Of a stretch of DNA of 64,000 nt, positions 1 through 15,972 are shown piece by piece. The position numbers and the translations under genes are program-made. The number at the start of each line of letters is the position of its first letter. Position 1 is the stretch's first letter. The DNA is from Takakia lepidozioides (Eukaryota; Plantae; Bryophyta). The stretch spans positions 60,574,001-60,638,000 of the forward strand of contig CM060731.1 in the NCBI GenBank assembly GCA_030704615.1, in the 5' to 3' direction. The notes under the pieces were generated by a model. It saw only the letters and a program-made list of their open reading frames with translations. It was not told the DNA's origin and did not search any database.

Positions 1-2837
<2,837 letters not shown>

Positions 2838-3375
2838 GGGCAGCAAGACCTTCCCAAACCGATCTCACACCACCAAACCCTGGCCTACCAAGACGACGAC
2901 CAGGCAGTCCCTCACACAGTTTCTCAATCTCTCTTACGTTCCTCCCTGCGCACACGGTTTCCTGCAGGCTCTAGATGCGCGCAGGCCGTCAGCAGAGCGC
3001 AACCAGCAATGGATCACGCTGGCGATGGCACTCGAGGCGCTCTCTCTGACAAAGCTCTCGCTCTGCCTGCGTCTGCGAGTTAAAAAAAAGGGAGTGTGCG
3101 CCTTCACTCCTTCTCTCCTCCACCCTGCACTCAACTGACGAGCTTCCTTACTCTTGCCCGCCCGCCCTACCCGACCCGGCCCGGAATCTCCACCTGGCAC
3201 GCCTTCATTGCTCGCCCCGCATGCCACCCCTTCTACCCCTCTCACTCTCTCTCTTTCTTGTCCACTTCGGCCCCTTTTCCAGGGAAACGGTCTACGTACA
3301 AATTGCCTCCAAAAATACGGGCTCTACAAAAAACAAAACAATATTTAAAAACAAGAAAAATCCCGGTGTATACTA

Positions 3376-3383
3376 AAACCCTA
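3376..3383. promoter_or_regulatory. Telo-box-like motif (AAACCCTA) upstream of the UBC gene
   Basis: Exact AAACCCTA about 540 bp upstream of the UBC start codon. An 8-mer can occur by chance. Confidence 0.25.
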
Positions 3384-6248
3384 GGACCGAGCGCTTCGTG
3401 GATGCTTCTCCGCCATCGAAATTTTCAACGGCTCCGATACGCCGACACGGTCTGGATGAAAACCAACCCAAAGAATCGGATGAGCCCCCCAAAAATACAC
3501 CGACCACCTCTCGTATTCCCAGCCAAATTCAGAAAGAAGTCAAGCGGCCGGACCCTGCCGTAAGTAATTGTTCTGGTGTATGGATTTGAACCCCCGGCCC
3601 ATCGCCATCGCCCTAACCGCTGGACTATTCGTGTGTCCAGTCGCAACGATTTGTTTTCTGCCAAAACGTTTCCAGTCATTGCGTCGGCCGTCATCCATCC
3701 AAAACAAAAATGGATTAAAATTTTGGGAAATTTTTGTTTTTATTTGTTTTTATCTTTTTATTTTTTATTTTTCGTAGCTGCGAAAAACGTAGGAACCACC
3801 AGTGGCAGCAGCCAAGTTGGATAGGATAATCCACATTGTGGCAACGCCGTGGTTTGAGGCTCAAATCCTGCTACCATGTCCTGGTGCAATGGTTTCGTGA
3901 TGATGTACGCTTGCTGGCTTAGCCTAATGGGCCTGAATTCTCCAACAACTAAAAAACAAAAACAAATCGATTGGTAATGTCGGACCACTTTTTCAATCAT
4001 CAATGTGGATGGATGCAAGAGCTTGTGTGATGGATGAATGGAAAAGAGCAGCTGGGAAGGAGTCCAACCACAAGTGTGCGACACGTAGGCTATGTGGCTG
4101 TGTGGGTGACGGCTTGACGGCTGCATGCACAGAAGGAAGAAAAGAGTAGAGCGATTTGTAAAAAGCAGAAATTGGGTTCATCCCTTTAAGTTTTGCATCC
4201 CACGTTGAATCCGGAGTGCAGGAAAAAACAGGTCGATCACCTGAGAGAGACACTGTGGACCATCCCATGTACACAATCTCCAAGACTGCTAAATAGGGCT
4301 TTGTTTCATAGTGGATCGAGTCATGTGTGTAACGGTTTTAGGATTCTTCGCCATGTCTGAGCCTACAGGTTGTTCACTCACGGAGGATGCAAGCTGAGTT
4401 TCACCCGCCGTGAAAAGGCCTCACAAATTAGGAAAGATTACTTGGTCATACAATGCATTCTCCCTATAGAGAAACTATCTCAGCTTCGTCATGTATTAAG
4501 CTTATAAGTGCACATGAAACTTGCAGCTATTGTGAAAGCTCACATGGCGAGTTCCCGCAGCAACACAAACAGGTCCACATGAGAAGATGAGGAGAAGATC
4601 GCCACACGTTGCAGTCTGGCAAAGCTAAGATCGTAGTTTCCAGTTCATAGCACTGTTCTTTGTGTTCATATATGTGCGTGAGTACTAGTACTTGTGTACT
4701 TGTGAGATGGCAGAATTTCTGTTTCTATTGGAGTGCCAGCAACCAACATTGCGAGGTTTGACTCCAAACTGCTGATCAGAAGGCTATCTACGTATGCCGG
4801 TGCAGCTAAGCACAGTTACTAGTTTTCAGATAGGATTGTTCGCAGTGTCTGCACTTGTTGCAGACTCGTGCTCGGGGATGCAGTGGTCCTGACATGCAGG
4901 CAGACAATCGCAACCCTTCCACGGGATCCAACTGGAAGGGCAAAAATTGTATAGTTTTAGATTCTTGGTATAAAATTTATGGGTTCCCGCGTCCCTTTCC
5001 TGCCCTTTTTGCCACAAAACAATCTGCCGTTGATTTGCACAATTTTGTACGAATTGTCTCTCTAGACATACATAAGTTGGGTCGGGCCCATGTCTATCTG
5101 AGCTTGATAATGGTACCTAAGTGAGTCCAACGGAGTTACGTAATCCATAGCAGCCATACCACAGACTGGAGGGGCCACGCGCTTTCTCGTATGCTCAGCA
5201 TTGCAGACAAAAGCGTGTAGAGATGTGCGTGCACACTGATCTTCCAAAATATCCTGCTTTTCATAAACATTGAACCCAATTCTCATCCATCTGTGTCTGT
5301 GCCTGTCTTTTTGTTTGTGCATAACAAGGTTGATCTTAGGTTCAATCCTCACCTGTGCCTTCAAGTATCCATTTGCCTCTTGATGGGTTGTGCATTTGAG
5401 CATAAGACTTTGTAAATCCATTGGACATTAAACAATCTTTAACCCTATCCCGCTTCGGAAGATTTAAATTATTTTTATTTTTATTTTCATATTTTAATTA
5501 AGAACATGGGATAGAGACGCCCAAGTTGGGTGAGCTTGCATAATTGAAGGGAAAGAAACAAGGCGTGACATACACTTAGGCCCTGCCATTCACATAGATA
5601 AAATAAATAATTTACAATTTGTATATTACATCTGGCTGGCTTATGCAATCAGATCGCGAAGGATGGGATATTCGTTATTTATAATGATTTTCTATAACCT
5701 TATGTCAATTTTAATTTACGGAAAAAATATTTTGTGTAAAGGGTGAGAAAGGATAAATTGATATTTTTTTTATTGTTGGTAAAACAATGTACATAATTGT
5801 TTTAATGGTCAAAAAGCGATAGCTATAATGTTGGAGCGGATTAATCCTTTGTTGAAAGAACAAAATGACTAACTTGGTTGGGAAGTTTGAAAGCAAGATA
5901 AATTGTTTTGCGATTGGTACAATATGCTTCAGTCGTACCGGATTTGCATGGCTGGGGTGGCGCATTTATCCATATATTGTCAAGTTGAGAGTCATAGTCT
6001 CTAGTACACTCATTGCACGTTATTTGAAATTTACGAATTTTCATGTAGTCTTGAAGCTGGCATGATAGCTAATTGAGAAGTCTTTTGTAATATATCAACA
6101 TTGAAATCCCCAATAAATACGGTTGGACAATAGTGCGGTGTTTTTAGAAATGTCTGTAATGACATTTTGGGAGGTTATAAATTGCAATTACATTTAATGC
6201 TCTTCAAGAATTTAGATTGAAAGTTGCGGAAATACATTCGGCGCCGTC

Positions 6249-6616
6249 AAAGTCCAAAGGGCATGACTTTGTATGCATAAGCACCCCAATCTGTGATGAA
6301 AGCTGTTTTTCCTTGGTCTTCTTCTGCCACTTGCACTTGATTATAACCACTGAAACCATCCATGAATGAGTACATCTCATGGCCTGCCACAGTGTCTAAT
6401 ACTGCTTCTGTGAATGGCAAAGGGAAAGGATCTTTCTTCGTACAAGCATTCAGCTTCTTGTAGTTCACACAAACTCTTAGTTTACCATTCTTCTTGGGAA
6501 CTATAATAATGGGTGACAACCAAGTTGTATACTCTATTGGGTATATAAACTTAGCCAACTTCTTAATCTCTTCTCCAACCTTCTGTGCGTAGTTGGGATT
6601 CATTCTGTACCTCGTC
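6249..6616 (-). mobile_element. Reverse transcriptase fragment of a second, non-chromovirus Ty3/Gypsy family
   Basis: YRMNPNYAQKV...WLSPIIIVPKKNGKLRVCVNYKKLN...DPFPLPF...FMDGFSGYNQ...KVMPFGL. Clearly diverged from the neighbouring chromovirus RT. Cut at 6617 by the chromovirus LTR. Confidence 0.88.
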
Positions 6617-7344
6617 TGTCGCGCACCTCGCTTCGGTAAGCTCCCCTTCAAGTCATAGTTACTCGCTTTGATGCGCGCGCCTAACTCCCAACCTGGCCGC
6701 CCGGGCCAACTTGGAGCTTCGGCTGCTCACCGGGACATAACGGTCCCCCCCTTCGCTTCCCTCTAAACCCTCCACCTAATTGGGACTAGGAGAATTCCCT
6801 TTGGTAGATGGCAGTCCGGAACAGCTCCCCACTCTTTGGTCGCTTTCCGGCTCGCTCGCTTACTCACTAGTTTTTGGTCACCAACGGGCTTGCACCGTTC
6901 TCGGGGTTACTACTCCCTATATATACTTCTGTAGCTGTCCGCGGGGGTTCCACAACCAGCCATGCCATTTTATGGCGAACCACCACGAAAACCCTCGACT
7001 CCCGGTGATGAGTCGCGGTGAGTCTTGGCCCGCTCACCACGGCCCCTATGGACCGTGATGAGTCCCAGGACTCCCCACGACTCCCACCACGAGGTCTCCG
7101 CCCCCATGGTGAGTCCTATGCCACCCCCACTAAGTCCCGCTAAGCTACCACCACCCCTTGTGGAGCCACCCCCACCGCAACCCGGTGTGCGGGGCTCCAC
7201 CTAGTGAGCGCCTCCGCTTCCCTGAGTGCCTTGGGCACTCAAGGGTGCTTCAGCCCCCCATACCTATCGCTGCCGCTGCCCCCACCACAGGGGCAGCCCC
7301 TCATGTGTCCCGACCCCCTGCCCTCAAGGCAAAGGGCCGCGACA
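6617..7344 (-). repeat. 3' LTR of chromovirus copy 1 (728 bp)
   Basis: Bounded by the 7-bp inverted termini TGTCGCG...CGCGACA. Preceded on the minus strand by a PPT-like GGTAGGGGTGTG. Highly similar to 23596-24336. Confidence 0.9.
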
Positions 7345-10300
7345 CACACCCCTACCAACAGGGAGTCGATGTCCTCATCAACTTGTCCATTTTGTAGAAA
7401 CGAACATCCAAGTTGTGGCGTCCCACATCAAGGAGTCTGTTTCCGCACCATGGCGTCCCATGGCAAAGAACCAAACCCCACACTTGATTCCCACTAGCTA
7501 GTTCGGCCGACTTCCTCCAAGTCTCGGCCAAGGGTGGAGCCTCTCCAGCTCCACCCAGTGCACTCTTCTTGGCCTACTTCAAGGCCAAGGAACGATCCTC
7601 CCGAGGATCGAATCGCCTTACTGCAACAATATTGCTTGCGATCGCTCATGATGCCGCTTTTGGCATCACCTTGAGCAAGGGTTCACCTGGAACCCTCTTT
7701 GACTAGGAAGATAACCTTGAACCAACCGTGCGCCCCAATCACTACAATTGGGTCCGCCTTGGAATGCTGGCCTGAGGTACGGGAACACGCCGAAGCCGCA
7801 CTAAGACTTCGTCCCGAGGCTACACGATTATAGTACGTGAACGGAAGCACGTAGCTTCCGCGTTAGCCCGCACTACAAGGCAACCCCCTCGGTAGTGCAG
7901 TTATAGTACGTGCACGTGCCAGGTGCGCACTAGCACGTGAACTCCCAAAGAAGTCGCAAGTTTCATTGCCCCTTGGATGGGGGTCACCCGATTTCGGCAC
8001 TACGCAAACACACGATTAACCCAATTTACCTCTCCCACTTTTATAAGCTAGCATGCATTCTACACACTAGCCAACCATACCATGCATCACCATTCCAAAC
8101 AAAATAGGACGCACAACATTTGGAACCCATTTCCTTTATAACAAATTTTTGTACAATACAAGTTTTTATAATCGGATTCCTAAGCTAGCTAAGCCGGGCT
8201 AAGCATGCATTTCCTCCCCCACGCTCCAAGGTTGATGTCCCCATCAACGTTTCTTCCGCTTTTGAGGTCGCCCTTCGAAAGCTGCAACCGCCTCGGATGC
8301 GTTTCCCATTTCTGAGGCACGCACCCAAGATGCCTCCACATGATGATAGCCCTTTCATTTGACGAGATACTCCGTTTCTCGGTTCTTGAACCTCCTCGAC
8401 TTAAGTATTGCCTCCACCTCGTACTCAGGTTCATTTTCATGATCCAACAGCATAGGTGGCGGACGCAACACTTGATGTCGATTCGGACGCGCTTCATCTT
8501 TGAAGTAAGGCTTCAAAAGGGAGACATGGAATACTGGGTGCACCTTACTGTTTGTCGGCAGCTCCAATTCATACACATCCTCATTCATAACCTTCTGAAT
8601 GCGAAAGGGTCCCGCATATGGAGGTACGAACTTCGGACTCACTTCCGGAGGTAGTCAGAAATTCTTGATGTTCAACCAGACCTCTGTGCCTGCCTCAAAC
8701 TTCACTTCCCTCCGCTTCCGATTCGTCTGCCTTTCATACCGTTTCCTAGCTTTGGCAATGTTGTACTTTGCGAGCTTCATCAAACGCTCGCGTTCTTCGA
8801 GTACCGCCGCTACTGCCGGTTCCTCAACGTCCTGGGCGGCCCAACTTGTCGGCACCAGAGGTGCTTTTCCATAGACCAATACGAAAGGGGAAACTCCTGT
8901 TGCGGAGTGTTCTGTGTTATTATAACAGAACTCTGTCGCGTCTAAGTGTTCCATCCAGTCCGATTGGTCTGCCGACACGTAATTCCACAAGAATTGCTTC
9001 ACTACGGAATTCACTCTTTCCGTTTGGCCGTCCGTCGTAGGTCGGAAGGCGATGCTCATCTTCAGCCTCGTCCCCATCTTCTTCCAAAGTGTCCTCCAAA
9101 ATTTACTCGTAAACTTTGGATCACGATCCTTCGGGACTCCATGATGCTTTAAGACGTGGGCGAAGTAAAGTCGGCCTGTCTCCTGCGCCGTTGCCGTCTC
9201 CTTGGTGGGGATGAAATGGCCCATTTTACTGAACCTATCCACCACCACCATGATTGCATCGAATCCTTTTGACAGCGGCACAGCAGTCATGAAATCCATC
9301 GAGACGTTTTCCCAAGTCCCCTCTGGAATCGGCAAGGGTTGTAACAGCCCCGCTTGCTTTTTGTACTCGCTCCGGTTTTGTTGGCATGTGGTGCATGTCT
9401 TGACATACTCCTCTGCCTCATCCCTCAGTTTGGGCCAGAAATACTCTTTCTTCAAGAGTGCCGCAGTGCGCTTGGCTCCGCCGTGGCCCGCAAGCGGGCT
9501 ATCATGGCATTCTCTCAAGAGGCTATCCCTGATCCCTCCCTTCGGCACGTAGAGACGTTTTTGCTTATACCGGAGCAGTCCATTTTGCAAGTGGAACTGC
9601 GATTTAACCCCCATTCTCAAGTCCTGCATCACGGACTTTGCCAGCTCATCCTTCTGGCAAGCCTTCCGGATCTTCCTTTGGAGCGCCGTCTCGCCCTTGT
9701 ACACCAACAAGAGCTGCTGCTTTCTACTTAAAGCATCGGCCACCACATTGTCCCGTCCCGGTTTGTACTGGATATCCACGTCGAACACTGCCAAAGTATC
9801 TTGCCACCTAAGTTGTTTTGGGGACAACTTGGGCTGCGTGGCAAAATACTTCACCGTGACATTGTCCGTGAACACCTTCACTGGGTTGGAACCAACATAG
9901 TGGCGCCAGAGCTCAAGGCAATGCACCACCGCCTTCATCTCTTTTTCGTGCGTCGGCCACCGTCGCTCCACTTCATTCAGTTTCTTACTTTCGTAAGTCA
10001 CTGGACGTCCATCTTGCATAAGTACACCCCCAATCGCGAAGTCCGATGCATCTGTATGAATCTCAAACGAACGATCGAACTCCGGGATTTTCAAGACTGG
10101 AGCTTCCGTCATCCGCTGCTTCAATTCAGCAAAAGCTTGGCCACAAAATGTGTTCCATACCCAGACTTTGGATTTACATAGAAGGTCCGACAGCGGCCCC
10201 ACGATCTTGGCGAAATTTCTCACATACTTCCGGTAATAAGAGGCGAGTCCTAGGAAGGATCGCACTCCCGGGACCGAAGTCGGAGGCTCCCAGTCCAAGA

Positions 10301-11895
10301 TCGCCCTCACCTTTCTGTCATCCATTTTGATCCCATCCTGTGTAATCACGTGCCCCAGGAACTCCACTTTTGTGACCCCGAATTCGCACTTTGAAGCTTT
10401 GGCATACAGCTTCCCTTCCCGCAATTTTTGGAACACCCTTTTGAGGTGCTCCAGGTGCTCCTCCTTTGTTTTCGAGTACACCAAGATGTCGTCGATGTAC
10501 ACGATCACAAAGTCATCCAACCACTCCTGGAAAAGGCTGTTCATCAGCGTGCTAAATGTCGCTGGTGCATTGGTGAGCCCAAAAGGCATCACCAAGAACT
10601 CATATGAACCATACCTTGTCCTGCACGCGGTCTTCTCCTCATCTCCTTCCGCCACCCGAATTTGGTGATAGCCGGAGCGCAAGTCGATCCGGCTAAAATA
10701 CTTCGCTCCTGCCAACCGATCGAAGAGGTCGTCGATCCTTGGCAAAGGGTACCGGTTTTTGATAGTCACCTTATTCAGAGCCCTATAATCGACACACATC
10801 CGCAGCGTCCCATCCTTCTTGTCTGCAAATAGCACCGGGGCTCCGTAAGGTGACTTACTCGGCCGGATGTACCCCTTTGACATTAGATCCTTGAGCTGAG
10901 TCTTCAGCTCGACCAACTCTCTGTGGCTCAACCGGTAGGGCGCCTTGGCAGGCGGTTCCGATCCCGGTATCACCTCAATCTTGTGGTCAACTCCTCTTCG
11001 CGGTGGCAAGCCGCTTGGTAAATCCTCCGGCATCACATCCTGGTATTTCTCCAAAATCCCCTTGATCCAATCTGGGCTCGGCTCCCCATCGCATTCTCCT
11101 TTCACTTCTCTAATGTAAAGCAAAAACTGGGGCTCGTGTGCCTCCTCCACGGCCCACTCCTTTGCTGACAGAAGGTTTATTCGCCCTCCCACGGATTTGG
11201 GCGTTTCTGACACTCGTAAAACCTCGCCACCATTCCCACATGGCAGCGTGACTACTCTCTTGCGGCCATCTATGACCGCTCCGGATTTGCTCAAAAAGGT
11301 CATCCCCAAAATGAGATCCACTCCATCGATCTCGCAGATGGTGAAGTTCTCACGTCCCTCCCAACTCCCCAGTTGAAGGGGAACATCAATCGCCAACCTT
11401 GTCGTCAACTGTGGTTCTCATTTGGTAGAACGCACCTCAATAGAGGCCCCCACGTCACTTGTCGGGAGTCCCAGCTTTTGTGCCGTTGCCGGTGTCATGA
11501 AGGAGTGCGATGCTCCTGTGTCCACCAACAACGACACATTAGTTCCGGATATTATCCCATCCACGAACAATAACTGACTCCCTTTTCGTAAGGCGCCAGT
11601 TTCCTGATACAACTCACAAGAAAATTTGCCTACCTTGCAAGTCCTGGCGACCACCGCTTCCACCAAGCGACTGATGGTATCTTCCGACAGCTCCGTGGTC
11701 GCCCGAGTCATGTTCAATTGCCGGGGCTTCGTGCACTTCTTGGCCATGTGCCCGGGCTCCCCGCAATTGAAACACACTCCATCAAAGGTCACCTTCTGTC
11801 CGCCATAAGCCGCTCCACCCGCTTTTCCTTTCGAAGCACCGGGTGCCGCCTTGACATGTGAAGGCCCTCCCTTCGATTTCCACGTGCCAATGTCG
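6617..11895 (-). mobile_element. Ty3/Gypsy chromovirus (Galadriel-like) LTR retrotransposon, copy 1; truncated inside gag, 3' LTR present
   Basis: Zinc knuckle CFNCGEPGHMAKKC and protease LVDTGASHSF (11418-11895). 917-aa RT (YIDD), RNase H and integrase ORF at 8655-11408. Chromodomain EYEVEAILKSR...EYLVK near 8300-8430. Few stops. LTR 6617-7344. Confidence 0.95.
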
Positions 11896-13521
11896 TGATT
11901 CATGCTATGAAAGAATAGTTTGAGTGTCATATAAATATGGAAGTGCCATGACCATGATGACGTGCTATAAAAGAAAAATTGGTATGATGGATGAAAGTAT
12001 TCCAAGGTAAATTAGACGACGATAGTTGTGTTTCATTCAAGCATAAGATATGTGAAGCTTGAAGATTTCGATCAGATATGATATCATAATGATATTGGTT
12101 TAGCGAACGAGTATTCAATGACCACTTTTAATGTCGGAATCTGGGAAAACATCCATCCATATATCATTATCATTTGTCTGAACCAAAGAATGGACAACTT
12201 GTTCTAAGTGACACCAATCTACATCCACGGCTATTTTATTATGGGGGAATGTATAAATAATTTTTTTTGAATGTCTTCAATTAGACTTTGTTTTGTATAA
12301 GCTACGTGTCATGTTGCAAAATTTTCTTTCATTAGATGTTCTGCATTTTGAAATGGCAAAAAAATAGTAATTGTTCTCTGTAATGGTTTTCTAGGTCACA
12401 GTGGATATTATAATTAACCCATCGTATAATTTTATTTTTCCGTCTCCATTTGAATGATTTGAAGTTATATTGAGCAATTACTTATGCAAGAGAAAGATTG
12501 TTTAATGATTCTGGCCTTTCTATGTATTTATCAATGATTGATTTACATTTCATATCAGTTGAATCTGGAAGAAGTTTGCGAAGCATATGTGTTGGTTTCA
12601 AAACAAATGCTCGATCGTCTTTTGTAGAAGTATTATGAATTGAATTATCTTGATTTTCAATTCAAGATAATTGGTTGCTTCGGTTTGATCGGTTTTACAT
12701 TTTTCTATAGGACTGATTGCAATTTACGAGTTATAGTTTTGTCCATTTTTGTCAAAAAGGTACAATAGCAAGCTGCAACATATGGATCCAAAATAAATTG
12801 TGCATCGGTGTTCGCTTGCCATAATGTGAGGCATTTCAGTGGGGATTCAAATACCAGCATGTGTGTCTCTTTCATAAAAGCATGAAGATTAAAGAGATAC
12901 CAGCGGGGAAGCAGGTGTATACTCACATTATTGTGTTACTCCTAGTATAGAAGTAGCTTGTAATGGATCCTTGAGAAATTCTCTGTTCTTTCCGTTCCAT
13001 CATCGTAGGTGACAGTTCGTTGTCCTTTCGTCATTTTCGTGACTTCACTTGGATGTCACTTACCATCTTTAGGCGATAAATTTCCAACCTATGTTCAAGT
13101 TTAGGGTGCTTTAATTTCTTTTTACGTGGTTTTTTCACCACCTCCTCATCCTCCTCCTCCTCACCATCACTACCCTCCTCCCTCCTCAACATAAGGCCTG
13201 AGCCACAAAGCTCACAATGTCTATAAACACTTGGTCTGGAACTACATCCTAGAAGGTAAGACCGCAAATTGCAAAAGATCTTCCATTTGCTATGAATCAT
13301 CTGATAGTAAGAGTGGAAGCACAATGGTAGTTTCTCTTATGGGAGGAAGTGGATAGTGGACCGACAAACATCTTCTAATTTTTTTTTGTAAATGCGTCTA
13401 CGATGATAAAGCTCTGCATCTTTCCTTCAGGCAACGAGCAGGCAACACGCTATTATCACATGTAATGTCGCTTACATGATTTTGAACTTGATTACAAAAA
13501 AAAATAATCACTTGTCTAAAC

Positions 13522-14551
13522 AACAGTAGGCTTTTAAGTTCCATGTCAAAGTTGTTCATAATTACATAATTGGCATGCGGAGTGATTGTTGGATGGTGTG
13601 GATTGAACAAAATTGGGAGTACTTAGTAAGCTCCAAGCAATTCTTCTACATCCACAACACATACATCTGGAGAAAAGCCATCCACATCCGAAATAAGTGT
13701 GTTTTTCTGTGTTGATGAAGTCATTTTTCTATCTGGTTGTGCAAGTCGAGGTAGGCCTTCATCACATGCATGGGACGTCAATCTCTGAGCGCCTTAAGCG
13801 GTTGCAAACACTTGATATGGTTGACCGCAACTGGGCTGGGCATCCAACAAGGTAGAATTTCTGTCAATTTTATTATGTCTGACTTGACATTTCACTTTTT
13901 TGACTACTTCGGGTTTTGCCTTGAAGAACTTTATTATCGTCAGACCACTCACACTAGGGGCCTCAGTGTTCCTCCATAAGAACTTGTCTTGCAAGTACTC
14001 AACTACTGTAAGTGAGCTTAGAGAATGGGACAATGCATGAATGTCAATTTCAACTTGCGGGAGATAGCTGCAAAGCTTGACACCAACCACAACAGCGTCA
14101 CTGAGGATGTGGTGAGGAACATGGTCAGGGAGGATAGACTCCACAAACGACAAGATCGCACCTCCAAGTTCATGCAAACCTTCATGGAGATGTGTTCACC
14201 AGAACGGGGAATATTAGTCGATCTGACAGCGAGATGCGGGTCCTCCATGGTGGCTGCAACAATTTGCGGAAGGCATCTGTTCGCCTTGGAAGGGGACAAT
14301 GAGCTACTGCAAGAGAGGCCCACGCTCTACAACGGCGAGCTGAAGGTATTCCTGAAGGCTGCGATAGCTAGCAGGAAGAAAGCCATCACCGAGAGGATGG
14401 AGACCGGATCGAGTGGGGGGACGCATACAAGCGTGTAAGTCCTGAACCCCCTTTTGGCATCCATTTTTGTAATTGTTTTTAGCCCTGGTTATGTTGCTAA
14501 GCATAGTTGCGACGTGCAAGCTTAGTAAATTTCAGTGTTCCCGACGTCCTT
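13522..14551 (+). repeat. Dispersed repeat 'A', copy 1, with a degenerate amino-DNA-methyltransferase-like segment
   Basis: Inverted homolog at 46560-47286. ORF 14025-14438 contains FMEMCSPERGILVDLTARCGSSMVAATICGRHLFALEGD, which resembles the SAM-binding motif I region of beta-class N4C/N6A MTases. Confidence 0.6.
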
Positions 14552-14748
14552 GAACAAGCCAAGGAATAGTATATTATCTTCCAAACAACGATCCAACCGG
14601 ATAGCTCGTGTAGTTAAATCGTATTTTGCTCGTCTTTGAGCTGCAACTCTCGAATGCGAGACTCCATTTGAGCCAATTTCTCCTCCATGCGATCACCATC
14701 GCCCCTCTTGTAGGTCATCAGAAAGGATCCTCTCGAGGAGGATTATTG
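14552..14748 (-). repeat. Inverted partial copy of repeat 'B' (matches about 16127-16345)
   Basis: Reverse complement of the B segment (cctcctcgagag...gcattcgagagttgcagctcaaagacgagc...ccttggcttgtt). Confidence 0.85.
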
Positions 14749-15972
14749 TTTAACTAATAGTTTTCGAGGAGAATTCATTATTTTATTATAATAACGCGCA
14801 CAAATAACAGGGTCGGATCGAATGAGTCCGTAGTATCTCTAGATTATAAATGTTTAATTTGTTTTGAAGACAATTTTTTTTTTGGCTAGCTGACATAATG
14901 TAGTGATCAAAGATTTCCAATATGCTTCTGCACTCGTGAAAGCTACTAAAAAATGTTGGTGGGTTGAATTGGCGTATCATAGCAAATACATTATCTTTAC
15001 GTAATCGTTGTAAGAAATATGATGATGTTTGGACCTTCTCAAGTTCCATATATTGTAAGTTAGGTCGTAGTATTGTACCAAGGTTTGGTTTATAACTAAC
15101 TTGCTTTGCTATTAGTTCACGCCCTTGAAGTTTACTTTTTCTGTTTGAATTCAAGATTATGAAAGTACAAAATAAGTTATAACTTTTATTTATTTATTTT
15201 TTAAATCGGAATATGACATGCGAATTTCCTTTAATTTTGAAGAGTGAACTCCCATTTTACAATTGCTTGATATGTATAAATTTTGATAATTTCCCCAAGA
15301 TGAGCATGTCCATAAAACAATGGAAAATTGTATTCTTCACTATTATAATCTAAAAAAAATCTAAGAGGTTTATATCCTTTACTTGGAGCCATTGCATAAG
15401 TATTGTATGTTCATGATCGAATATTTGTTCAACATCAAGGAAATTTTCTACGAATGTATCTATGGGGCTATTTTTATTTCTTCAAAACAGTCATTAGTAC
15501 TTTGGTCGTCAACATTGTCTATGATTGTTTGGGAATCCTTAGACAATCGCACATATTTTTTCAATTTCTTCTTATCAATGCGTCTATGCGTCTTTTTGCA
15601 AATGCGTCTATGACGATAAAGTTGTGCATTTTTCATATCTTCAGGCAACGAGCAGACAATACGCTATTGTCGCATGTAACGTTGCTTCCACAACTTTGAA
15701 ACTTGGTTACCAAAAAAAAAATCAGTCACTTGTCCAAACAAATCACTTTGTTTAACTAATAGTTTTCGAAAAGATTTCATATATGATTGTAATAACGTGC
15801 ACAAGTAACAGGGTCGCATCGAACGAATCCGTTATATCTCTAGATTCTAAAAATATAATTTATTTTGAAGACAAATTTTTTTGAGCTAGCTGGACTGAAC
15901 ACCAAACGCAAAAGAGAACATATACTACCTCTTATCCTTGTCATATAGTAGACTAGACAATTCTAACAGCTC

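Noticed and set aside
5439-5515. TTAACCCT piggyBac-like end with a short CTATCCC/GGGATAG inverted repeat
   Set aside because: No matching opposite terminus or transposase found. It could be a Helitron end structure, but I cannot support that.
6617-8209. A 1.6-kb LTR ending at the purine tract next to pol
   Set aside because: The 7-bp inverted termini and the TSD-adjacent start at 22083 define a 0.73-0.74 kb LTR. The extra sequence is internal 3' UTR shared by both copies.
11418-12005. 195-aa ORF as a real chimeric protein
   Set aside because: Accidental read-through across the Helitron/gag junction at about 11895.
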